DNA from: an uncultured Clostridia bacterium | GTDB taxonomy: Bacteria > Bacillota > Clostridia > Christensenellales > Borkfalkiaceae | Direction of reading: 5' to 3' | DNA length: 59,421 nt | Assembly (NCBI GenBank): GCA_946628865.1 | Contig: CAMOXE010000097.1 | Location: 1-59,421 of the forward strand | Part shown: in pieces, positions 7,087 to 15,546 of the stretch | Layout of the letters: each line of letters begins with the position of its first letter | Position numbering within the stretch: position 1 is the stretch's first letter | Notes under the pieces: generated by a model | Seen by the model: the letters and a program-made list of their open reading frames with translations, nothing else | Told to the model about the DNA's origin: nothing | Database searches by the model: none | Position numbers and translations under genes: made by a program

Positions 7087-8364
7087 ATGGGTTTTTTAAA
7101 GAAACTCTACGAATTGATAAAGACCGAATTCGATACGAATAAGACCCATTTGCAAGCGCAAGGGCAGAGCGGAGCGCCTACGGAAATCGTAAGGCGGGAA
7201 CTGACGGACGAGATTTTTCTTTTGGAGCGCGCGCTTTTAATGAATCCGAAACAGTTATCTGAATTCGACTTGACCAAAAGCCGCGAATTATACCGCGACG
7301 CGCCCTTTGACGAACTCGAATTCATAGTAAAAAACGATCTCGTATCCGGGCAGTACGTTGCAAACGCTCGGGAATGCGTTTTGGACCTTTACGAGATTTC
7401 CACGGTCGAAAACGAAAACGAGAGCGAGAAATATCTCGGCGACGACCTTGCCAAAGCGACGCTTAATCTGTTGCACAGGCAGGCGGCGCAAGTGCTTTTA
7501 TTGTCCGGGGACGACGATAACGGTCGCCTTGCTTGGCTGACGAAACAACCCGAATCTTTCGTTCAGGCGGCGCTTATAGAGGAAGGAAAGCCCGCGGACG
7601 CGTTCGACAAAGTCGGATACGACGAGGATCTGTCGGCTTTGGACATCGACTATAACGAATTTTTACATAAGACCTCGTCCGAATACAGAAAAAACGCGGA
7701 GTACGCGGCGGACAAGGCGTTCAATAAACAGGCTACAAGGCAGAAAAGGCTTATAAAGAAGTGGGAGAAGAGACTGTTTTCGGCGAAAGGCGAATACCGC
7801 ATGGAATGCGAATATCAAAAATCGCGCGCGGAGAAGAATCTTTCCCGCGCGACGGAGGCTCGGCGCGAGGCTTTGGCGGACGCGTTCAGGCTCGGCGAAA
7901 TAAGCGAGTATTATTACCGTCAGCGTACTGAGCAGTTGTCGTCGGGGGATTATTCGCGGCTTCCGGGGCTTTTCGAGGCGGACGACTTAAAAAACAAATC
8001 GGCGTATCTGAAAAAACACGACTTGCAGGATTTAAGCAAGGCGGAGGCGGACAACATACTGCTGCTTGCGAAAAGGCGGGCAAGCGAAGATAAGCGGGTA
8101 TTTTTCACGAAGAAGTTTTTAAGCGAGCGCAAAATATCCAGCGCTACGCGGTTCACCATTTCCGAAATGAGGATAGACACCGAACTTTTCTACCGCGGGT
8201 TTTCCGAGGGCGGGGAACTTGCGGGCGGAGTTGTCGAAGAAATAGAAGAAGAGCCGACGAAGATCACGATCGACGTGAGCGAGCCGCTCCCCAAAGGCGA
8301 CGGGTCGTTCGCGTTAGGCGGCATAAAATACGTCGAGCCGTTCGACAGGAGGATCGATAAATGA
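7087..8364 (+). CDS. 425-aa short member of the giant-protein family; keeps only the C-terminal module; function unknown
   Basis: RBS AAGGGGG. YYRQRTEQLSSGDYSRLPGLFEADDLKNKSAYLKK...VFFTKKFL aligns with YLNRRGAQLDDG...PKMFEADELLGKNDYLKK...FIARKYL (2144 gene) and with FYAARMEQLNKGD...PPFFRADDLPKRDKYIE...TFLTKKYM (33053 gene). ATGA overlap with the next gene. Confidence 0.85.
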   Translation: MGFLKKLYELIKTEFDTNKTHLQAQGQSGAPTEIVRRELTDEIFLLERALLMNPKQLSEFDLTKSRELYRDAPFDELEFIVKNDLVSGQYVANARECVLDLYEISTVENENESEKYLGDDLAKATLNLLHRQAAQVLLLSGDDDNGRLAWLTKQPESFVQAALIEEGKPADAFDKVGYDEDLSALDIDYNEFLHKTSSEYRKNAEYAADKAFNKQATRQKRLIKKWEKRLFSAKGEYRMECEYQKSRAEKNLSRATEARREALADAFRLGEISEYYYRQRTEQLSSGDYSRLPGLFEADDLKNKSAYLKKHDLQDLSKAEADNILLLAKRRASEDKRVFFTKKFLSERKISSATRFTISEMRIDTELFYRGFSEGGELAGGVVEEIEEEPTKITIDVSEPLPKGDGSFALGGIKYVEPFDRRIDK

Positions 8365-9155
8365 TAGTAATTGCCGTCGACGACGAGGCGCTCGCGTTAA
8401 AATCTTTGGTCGACACGATAAAAAACGTAAAGCCGGACTGCGAGATATATCCGTTCAGAGACCCGATGCAAGCGCTCAGACTGCTTGAAAGCGGAGTAAA
8501 GCCGGACGTGGTTTTCAGCGACGTCAGGATGTTCGATATGACGGGGATACAGTTCGCGCACCGCGTAAAGGTAATTTATCCTCGCACGAACATAGTATTC
8601 GTTACGGGCTATAAAGAGTATATGATGGACGCCATAAGACTGCACGCGAGCGGATATTTATTAAAGCCCGTGGACGAGGAACGTCTTAAAGAACAGTTCG
8701 ACGACTTGCTCTATCCCACGGCGGCAAAGCGCGGCGAGCGCAGGTTTTACGCCCAGACGTTCGGGAACTTCGAGTTTTTCTGCGACAATCTGCCGGTACA
8801 TTTTCCGCGGGCGAAGTCCAAGGAGATCCTCGCGTATCTCATCGACAAAAAGGGTGCGGCGTGTACGCGATCCGAACTGCTCGTCAATTTGTTTGAAAAG
8901 AGCGGTATAGGCAACGACAATCAATATCTCTCGCAAGCCTTTTCGGCGCTTATGAAAACGCTTAAACAGATCGGCGGAACGGATATTATTATAAAATCGC
9001 ACAATTCCTATTCGGTAAACACCGAAAAGTTCGGTTGCGATTATTACGATTATATAGACGGAGACGTTAAAGCGATAAACGCGTATCAAGGCGTATATAT
9101 GGCAAATTATTCGGACTGGTCGGATTTCACGGGCCCGAAAAAAAACAGGTTTTGA
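8361..9155 (+). CDS. Response regulator: REC domain plus C-terminal winged-helix DNA-binding domain of OmpR/SARP (BTAD N-terminal) type
   Basis: REC landmarks DD (VDDE), phospho-acceptor FSDVRM, VFVTGY and YLLKP. C-terminus FGNFEFFCDNLPVHFPRAKSKEILAYLIDKKGAACTRSELLVNLFE. Confidence 0.85.
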   Translation: MIVIAVDDEALALKSLVDTIKNVKPDCEIYPFRDPMQALRLLESGVKPDVVFSDVRMFDMTGIQFAHRVKVIYPRTNIVFVTGYKEYMMDAIRLHASGYLLKPVDEERLKEQFDDLLYPTAAKRGERRFYAQTFGNFEFFCDNLPVHFPRAKSKEILAYLIDKKGAACTRSELLVNLFEKSGIGNDNQYLSQAFSALMKTLKQIGGTDIIIKSHNSYSVNTEKFGCDYYDYIDGDVKAINAYQGVYMANYSDWSDFTGPKKNRF

Positions 9156-9169
9156 CAGGAGTTACTCGG

Positions 9170-12100
9170 ATGAAAAATAAAATAAGAGTATTTTTCATGA
9201 CTTTACTTTTGATTCTTACGTCGGTTTCGGCGTTGGGTCTGATTTCGTGTACGGTGGACGACGTGGAAGAGATTTCGGTCACGCCCGGCGAAATATCCGT
9301 CAGGATAGGCGAATTCGAGTATGCGGATTATACGGTTACGGCGACTTACGGTTCCGGCAAGACCGAATCGGTGGCGTTAAACGCGAGCATGCTCACGGCC
9401 GCGGACAGACTGAAACTTTTAAAAGAGGGCGAACACGAAATAACCGTGACCTACGCCGAAAAGTCGACGGTCGTAAAAGTCAGCGTAAGGCGTAACGTCT
9501 TTGCCGGGGCGGTGTTCGCGGATATCGACGTCGTGTACAGCGGCGAGTTTTACGTTGCGGAAGTAAAGAACGTACCCGAAGGCACTACGGTGACCTATCC
9601 CACGACCAACCGTTTCAGAAACGCGGGCGAATACGAGGCTAAGGCGGTTTTGAGAAAAGACGCCTACGAGATGAAGGAAATGACGGCGAAGATAATAATC
9701 CGCAAAGCCGATTACGATTTTTCGTCCGTAGTTTTCGAGGACAAGACCGAAACCTTCGACGGCAACGTCCATACTCTTGAAATGACGGGCGCTATCCCGA
9801 CGGGCGTCGCCGTGGACTATACCATAATACGCGAGGGCGGAAAAGAAGAAAGGGGCAACGGCGCGAGGAACGCCGGGCAATACGTCGTCCGCGCGAGTTT
9901 TACGGGGGATCCGAACAACTATAACAAAATAGAGCCGAAAGAGGCAAAACTCACGATCGAACAAGCAGTAATCGACCTTTCCGCAATAACTTTTTCGGAC
10001 AAAACCGAAGTCTACGACAGGACGCGTCACTCGGTAAAAATCGACGGCGCGCTGCCGGTAGGCGTATCGGTTACATACGATAACAACGAACACGTCGACG
10101 CAGGCGTGTACAAAGCGACGGCAACGTTCACGGTCGCGGACTTTATAAACTATGCTGCGATCCCGAGCAAGACCGCGGTTCTTACGATAGAAAAAGCCGA
10201 ATACGATATGTCGGACGTACACTATAACGGCAACAGGGTCTACTACGACGGGACCGAGAAAAAAATCGAGATACAAGGCGCGTTACCCAGCGGCGTAAAG
10301 GTAACCTATAATAACAACGCCGGCGTAGACGCCGGGACGTATCAGGCGACGGCGACGTTCGTCGCGGGCGATAAAAACTATAACGACCCCGCGCCGATCA
10401 CGGCGACGCTCATAATCGACCCCGTCGAAGCGCAGATGGACCGCGTGTCGTTTGAAAGGAGCAGGTTCGTCGCGGTCATGAAAAACGAATACTACGACGA
10501 CTTCTACGACGATTTTTACGAGGATGACGAGGACGACGAGGCGGAGTACGACCCGTACTGCGCGGCGATGGCGTATCGCCCGTCGAACGTTCCGACGGGA
10601 CTTAAGATAAAAGACGTCAGATACTGCCAAACGGCAGGCTGGGTAGAGGATCTGACCGCTTATAACGACTTAGACGGGTATAGCGACGCCATAACGGCGG
10701 ACGGATACTACGTCGTCGTGGTAACGTTCGAGGACAATCCGAACTACGTTTCGGTCTCGCCCGTAAGGACGCAGATCCGCACGACCACCGTTACGAGGTT
10801 TAAAACGAGCGAAATCGCCGTTTACGAGGACGAGTGGAAAGACCCGATAAGCGGCAAAAAAATAGGCGTATATCTGGATTACAACTACGGCGCTTGCGTC
10901 AAAGAAAGCGCCAACGCCGTTATGGGAAATCTCGAACTCTCTTATTGCGACTGTAACGTTTTTGCGGATTATAAAAACGGCGGAGCGGACGCTTTATACA
11001 CTCCTTACGACGCCAATTTGTCCGCAGAAACGCTCAAGGCTTTTGACGACCTTGCGTACCATCACGCGATACTTGTAAAGGAGTACGCCTCTTTTGTGGG
11101 CGGCGCGTCCGACTTTATGGGTATGATGTCGAACCCGTATAAAAGCGCGTATGCGAAAATTCTCGAATATTCCGCGGCAGCCTCGAAAGGCTCGGGCGAG
11201 AACACGTTCTCATTTGAAAACAAATCCGTCTATATGACGATAAACGGCGACAAAGTGGGCAGATACGGCGCGACTTTAAAGTTGGCGGACGAAACCAACT
11301 CTTCCGTCGACAAAAAACTTTTGGCGACCTTGTTCGGGTATTCGGACGGGGACGACTTTATCAAGGACGCGACGGGACTTGTAAGATCGCTTTTCAAGTA
11401 TAAGAACAAAGCCGGCGTGAGTATGGCGTCCGCGGCCGCTCGGTGCGGATTCAAAGGCTCGATCTATTCGCTCGCCAAACCGTTCAACGAATCGCACGAC
11501 ATTTTCGTCCTTCCGTTTAAATACGGTTGGAGCAACGACGTCGGCGGCATGACGCAAATTTGCGTATACGCGATCGTGGACGACGTGCAAGGCGGCGGCG
11601 AAATCAGTTTTATAATAAACGACTACGACTTGGCTCTCGAATACCTTTCGCTCTGCGAAACGGGCGGAACGGCAACCATGTACGGACGTTGCAACGCGTT
11701 TGAAAAAGATGGCTGGGAGACCTGGAAGTGGCGTCCGGCGACCGTGACGGTAATCGAGGACGGAAAGGAAACGGAAAAATACCTGACCCGCGGAACCGAA
11801 ATTTCTTTCGTCGAGCCGCTCGGAGATTTGGACGGAATAGAAGAAAACCGCGTGGCTTTCAGATATTGCACGTCGCTCCCCGGCGCTTGTTCGGAAAAGA
11901 CCGCGGGATATAATAAAGAAGATTATATCATAACCGCCAACGGCTTTAAAATAGCGTTTTGCGATTGCAATCTGCTCGGCTCGGTAATAAAGGACGACGG
12001 AAAAACCGACGGCGTGGCTAAGCGCGAGGGGCGAGGCGAACATGCCCAATTGTCCGAAGAGACGGTCACCGCGTTTGACTCTCTCAGCGCGTATTACGCC

Positions 12101-13054
12101 GCGTTCATAGCAAATTATAACTTGGGCGACAGCGTTTCCAACGAGTGGAAACTCGGCACTACGAGCCTTTATTATAAGTCTTATAAAGATTATTTCGACT
12201 TGGCAAAGAGTCTGTTCGCTAAGGCAAACAGGAATTTGAGCCGCGGCGTCGAATACGATACGGCAAACAGCGTAATCGTCGGAATGAATAAAAATTTTAC
12301 CATATCGTTAAACGGCGGCGCGTCTTATACCGGCACGGCGTATCGCGAGATGATTATGAAATTATTCGGCTTTACGGATATGAACGCTTTTACGACTTAT
12401 TCCGAGGCGCTTGCGAACAAGTTGTGGCTTAACGAAAAGAACTCGAGCGCGGAATTTATCACGACGCGTGCTTTATACGACGGCGCGATATACACCCAAA
12501 ACGGCTATTTCGTGATACCTTACGCTATAAAGAGCGAGCGGTCGGCAACTAACGTGTTGGCGTTCGTGTTCGTGGATACGGACGGGAATATGTCCGTCTG
12601 GATAAACGACGCTAAAAACGCTTTTGCCGCGGTTGCCTCCGCCGCCGACGACGAAACGCCGAATCTCGAGATTTTCGGCAGATGCTTGCTCTTCGAGGAC
12701 GACGGATATACGATGCTGGAACAACTCGACCCCGCCGTGCAGGAAAAGATAATCGAACTCAAACAATTCAGTCCGTTCGGCGTGTCCTCGGACGACGAGA
12801 CGCCTATCGCGATAGAGCGTATAAAGAACATGACCGGCACGGGCAGTTTCCTCGTATACACTTCGCTTACGGACGGCTCGGGCGTAAGCGTAAAGTTGAA
12901 TTCGGTATATAACGACGACCCGAGCGGCGACGTCGTCGACGGTTTTTACACGGTGTTGACGGTAATCGATCTCGAGGACGTTAAAAAATATAACGCGGCG
13001 CTCAACTCTCCGGCCGAAGAACAGGGCGGCGACGAGACGGAGGTGAACGAATAA
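9170..13054 (+). CDS. 1,294-aa surface lipoprotein with MBG-like repeats and a duplicated C-terminal domain
   Basis: AGGAG at 9157-9161 lies 8 nt before the ATG at 9170; the track start at 9152 is a TTG inside the regulator stop. Signal peptide with lipobox LGLISC. Three MBG-like repeats (FDGNVHTLEMTGAIPTGVAVDY...AGQYVV, YDRTRHSVKIDGALPVGVSVTY...AGVYKATA, YDGTEKKIEIQGALPSGVKVTY...AGTYQATA). Confidence 0.88.
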   Translation: MKNKIRVFFMTLLLILTSVSALGLISCTVDDVEEISVTPGEISVRIGEFEYADYTVTATYGSGKTESVALNASMLTAADRLKLLKEGEHEITVTYAEKSTVVKVSVRRNVFAGAVFADIDVVYSGEFYVAEVKNVPEGTTVTYPTTNRFRNAGEYEAKAVLRKDAYEMKEMTAKIIIRKADYDFSSVVFEDKTETFDGNVHTLEMTGAIPTGVAVDYTIIREGGKEERGNGARNAGQYVVRASFTGDPNNYNKIEPKEAKLTIEQAVIDLSAITFSDKTEVYDRTRHSVKIDGALPVGVSVTYDNNEHVDAGVYKATATFTVADFINYAAIPSKTAVLTIEKAEYDMSDVHYNGNRVYYDGTEKKIEIQGALPSGVKVTYNNNAGVDAGTYQATATFVAGDKNYNDPAPITATLIIDPVEAQMDRVSFERSRFVAVMKNEYYDDFYDDFYEDDEDDEAEYDPYCAAMAYRPSNVPTGLKIKDVRYCQTAGWVEDLTAYNDLDGYSDAITADGYYVVVVTFEDNPNYVSVSPVRTQIRTTTVTRFKTSEIAVYEDEWKDPISGKKIGVYLDYNYGACVKESANAVMGNLELSYCDCNVFADYKNGGADALYTPYDANLSAETLKAFDDLAYHHAILVKEYASFVGGASDFMGMMSNPYKSAYAKILEYSAAASKGSGENTFSFENKSVYMTINGDKVGRYGATLKLADETNSSVDKKLLATLFGYSDGDDFIKDATGLVRSLFKYKNKAGVSMASAAARCGFKGSIYSLAKPFNESHDIFVLPFKYGWSNDVGGMTQICVYAIVDDVQGGGEISFIINDYDLALEYLSLCETGGTATMYGRCNAFEKDGWETWKWRPATVTVIEDGKETEKYLTRGTEISFVEPLGDLDGIEENRVAFRYCTSLPGACSEKTAGYNKEDYIITANGFKIAFCDCNLLGSVIKDDGKTDGVAKREGRGEHAQLSEETVTAFDSLSAYYAAFIANYNLGDSVSNEWKLGTTSLYYKSYKDYFDLAKSLFAKANRNLSRGVEYDTANSVIVGMNKNFTISLNGGASYTGTAYREMIMKLFGFTDMNAFTTYSEALANKLWLNEKNSSAEFITTRALYDGAIYTQNGYFVIPYAIKSERSATNVLAFVFVDTDGNMSVWINDAKNAFAAVASAADDETPNLEIFGRCLLFEDDGYTMLEQLDPAVQEKIIELKQFSPFGVSSDDETPIAIERIKNMTGTGSFLVYTSLTDGSGVSVKLNSVYNDDPSGDVVDGFYTVLTVIDLEDVKKYNAALNSPAEEQGGDETEVNE

Positions 13055-15546
13055 TGAAAAACAGAAAGACTTTTACCGTTTTATTGTTTTCTATAGCCTT
13101 TGCTCTTTCCGTGATCATAGTCATACCCACGCTTATGATAAGGCACGACCTGACGCTTTCCAACGCGTTCGGGTATACGGGCTTTGCGTTTTTCATACTG
13201 ATAAATTTCGGCGTGATAATCTTCGCGCACAAGATATTGAGCGGCAAGGCGCACGACATAATTTTTACGCTTTGCTCCGCCATAATGATATCGTTTTTTA
13301 TCGCGATAGTGATATTCGGAATTATCGTCAACAAGGGCGATTTCGACAACTTCGACATAAGAGGCGTGTTCGACAGGATTTTCCATTGGGATCTGTTGTT
13401 TTTAGGCTTACAGTTTTCGGTTTTCATCGCGTTTTCCGCCGTATATCTCGGGTTTATCGACCGCGATTTATGGAAGTTTATGCGCTATACGGGCATAGGC
13501 GGCAAGGGCAAACTCAAACAGATGGAAGCCAACCTCGAAAACTCGAGATGGCTGACCGACGAGGAAAAGAACAAGATCTTCAAGCCGCATAAATACAGCG
13601 AACTCTCCGGCGTCAAGAAAGACGGCGTACCCGTCATGGCGCAGATGACGGCGAAGAACAAAGACATGGATATACTGTTTAACTCTCCGTGTCACTCTAT
13701 AATAATAGGTTCTACCGGTAGCGGTAAGACGACGACGTTCGTAAACCCGATGATTCAACTCATCGGCGCGTCGGGCGCAGGCTCGTCGATGATAATGACC
13801 GACCCCAAGGGCGAACTGTTCTCGCTCCACAGCGGATTTTTGAAAGAGCGCGGCTACGACGTAAAAGTCATAGACCTAAGAGATACTTATTCGTCGTATC
13901 GCTGGAACCCGCTCGACTCTATCTGGGACCATTATCAGGACTACGTCAACGCGAACAAGAACGTGTTTATGCACAAAGACGCATACGACAGCGAGAAATT
14001 CCCGAACGCCGACCCGATAGAATCGTTTGAAGAGGGAAAGCCCTGGTACGTTTTCGACGGCAAAGCGTATTCGAGCATGTCGAACTTAAAGACGACGATA
14101 AAGGTATATAAGAAAAAGACCTTCGACGAGGTATACGAGGACTTAAACGACCTCGTTTCGGCGCTCGTTCCCGTCGAGAACGAAAAAGACCCGATGTGGG
14201 AAAAGGGCGCGAGGGCGATAACGCTCGCAACGCTGCTCGCTATGCTCGAGGACAGCGAAGATCCGCGCCTTGGGATGGTAAAAGAGAAATTCAACTTCTT
14301 CAACCTCGCCAAAATACTACAAAACAGTAATAAAGACTATTACGAACTCCGCCGTTATTTCGCGGGGCGCAACCCGTTGAGCAAGGCGCTGTCGCTGAGT
14401 AAACAGGTGTGCGACGCGGCGGAATCGACGCGGGCGAGTTATATGTCCATCGTGTACGAAAAACTCACGATGTTCAACGACTCGGGTATTTGCGCGTTGA
14501 CTTCGGCAAGCGACTTTATTCCCGAAAACCTCGCCGACAGACCCACCGCTTTGTTTTTGAAGATTCCCGACGAAAAGGACACGAGATATAACTTGGCGGC
14601 GATATTTATGCTTTCCATTTATAAAGCGCTGATAAAGATAGCGTCGTCTTACGAGGACCTGTCTTTGCCGAGGAACGTATATTATATATTGGATGAGTTC
14701 GCGAACATGCCTAAAATAGACAAGTTCGACAAGATGATAACGGTCGGCAGAAGCCGTAAGATTTGGTTCAACATGATAATTCAGTCTTACGCGCAATTAA
14801 ACAACGTCTACGGCGACAAGGTTGCGGATATAGTAAAGGGCAACTGCGGAATAAAGATGTTCATCGGCTCTAACGATATGGGAACGTGTAAAGAGTACAG
14901 CGAACTTTGCGGCAACATAACCGTTGCGACTAACAGTTCGTCGGGCAGCGCGAACTCCGCGCGGGATATAAACGTCACCACGCAAATGCAGGTAAGACCG
15001 CTTATATACCCGAGCGAACTTCAGCGCCTTAACCATTCGGGGGATATAGGTCACTCAATCGTGGTAACTTTCGGAAACTATCCGCTGATGACGTATTTTA
15101 CGCCGAGTTTCAAAGTCCCGCTCTATAAACTTGGGAAGATGGACACTTCGGAACTCAACAACAGACTGTTCGATGAAAAAGAGGCGTTTTACAACATAGC
15201 GATAAGGAACGACCTCGTGGAGAAAGACCAGAAAGAACGGGCTGAGGCGAAAGAGCGCGCGGGCGGCGAAACGGGAAGCGTTTCGGGCGGAGTTTCCGTG
15301 AAATCGGAAAATCCCGGCGAAAGCGCTGAGGCTGCGACTGAGGGTCGGACTTCGGCAAGCGCAACAAGCGAATACGCAGAAAACACCGAAAACGCCGAAA
15401 ACGCCGGTGCGGCTGAAAACGACGACGCGAAAGCGGCGCAGGATATAATGAAAATGTGGAAACTCTATAAAGAAAGTCATCCGGACGCGAAAATAGAGGA
15501 TTTGTTCGGACAGACACCCGTTGCGGGCGGAGGAGAGAGACAATGA
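13054..15546 (+). CDS. VirD4/TraG-type type IV coupling protein (T4CP) with N-terminal TM helices and an acidic C-terminal tail
   Basis: N-terminal hydrophobic helices, Walker A IIIGSTGSGKTT, IMTDPKGELF and Walker B YYILDEFANMPKI. TAATG overlap with the upstream gene and ATGA overlap with the downstream gene. Confidence 0.85.
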   Translation: MKNRKTFTVLLFSIAFALSVIIVIPTLMIRHDLTLSNAFGYTGFAFFILINFGVIIFAHKILSGKAHDIIFTLCSAIMISFFIAIVIFGIIVNKGDFDNFDIRGVFDRIFHWDLLFLGLQFSVFIAFSAVYLGFIDRDLWKFMRYTGIGGKGKLKQMEANLENSRWLTDEEKNKIFKPHKYSELSGVKKDGVPVMAQMTAKNKDMDILFNSPCHSIIIGSTGSGKTTTFVNPMIQLIGASGAGSSMIMTDPKGELFSLHSGFLKERGYDVKVIDLRDTYSSYRWNPLDSIWDHYQDYVNANKNVFMHKDAYDSEKFPNADPIESFEEGKPWYVFDGKAYSSMSNLKTTIKVYKKKTFDEVYEDLNDLVSALVPVENEKDPMWEKGARAITLATLLAMLEDSEDPRLGMVKEKFNFFNLAKILQNSNKDYYELRRYFAGRNPLSKALSLSKQVCDAAESTRASYMSIVYEKLTMFNDSGICALTSASDFIPENLADRPTALFLKIPDEKDTRYNLAAIFMLSIYKALIKIASSYEDLSLPRNVYYILDEFANMPKIDKFDKMITVGRSRKIWFNMIIQSYAQLNNVYGDKVADIVKGNCGIKMFIGSNDMGTCKEYSELCGNITVATNSSSGSANSARDINVTTQMQVRPLIYPSELQRLNHSGDIGHSIVVTFGNYPLMTYFTPSFKVPLYKLGKMDTSELNNRLFDEKEAFYNIAIRNDLVEKDQKERAEAKERAGGETGSVSGGVSVKSENPGESAEAATEGRTSASATSEYAENTENAENAGAAENDDAKAAQDIMKMWKLYKESHPDAKIEDLFGQTPVAGGGERQ

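Noticed and set aside
9138-9145. An A8 homopolymer as a slipped-strand phase-variation switch.
   Set aside because: It lies in the last five codons of the regulator gene, so a frameshift would alter only the extreme C-terminus. Other A7 runs (10258, 28540, 28688, 38093) are unremarkable in lysine-rich genes.
9152-9169. Track start (TTG at 9152) for the 1,300-aa lipoprotein ORF.
   Set aside because: The TTG overlaps the regulator's stop codon and has no RBS. AGGAG at 9157-9161 is correctly spaced for the ATG at 9170, which begins a textbook lipoprotein signal peptide.
9419-10276. Long antisense ORFs inside the big genes: 9419-10276, 11276-12049, 16089-17051, 26196-26924, 38417-39172, 41366-41962, 42083-42793, 50825-51784 and 55853-56815, all on the - strand.
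   Set aside because: They are Arg/Val/Phe-rich shadow frames with no RBS and no recognisable motifs. Each lies fully inside a strongly supported sense gene, including rpoB and rpoC, which is typical of mid-GC coding DNA.
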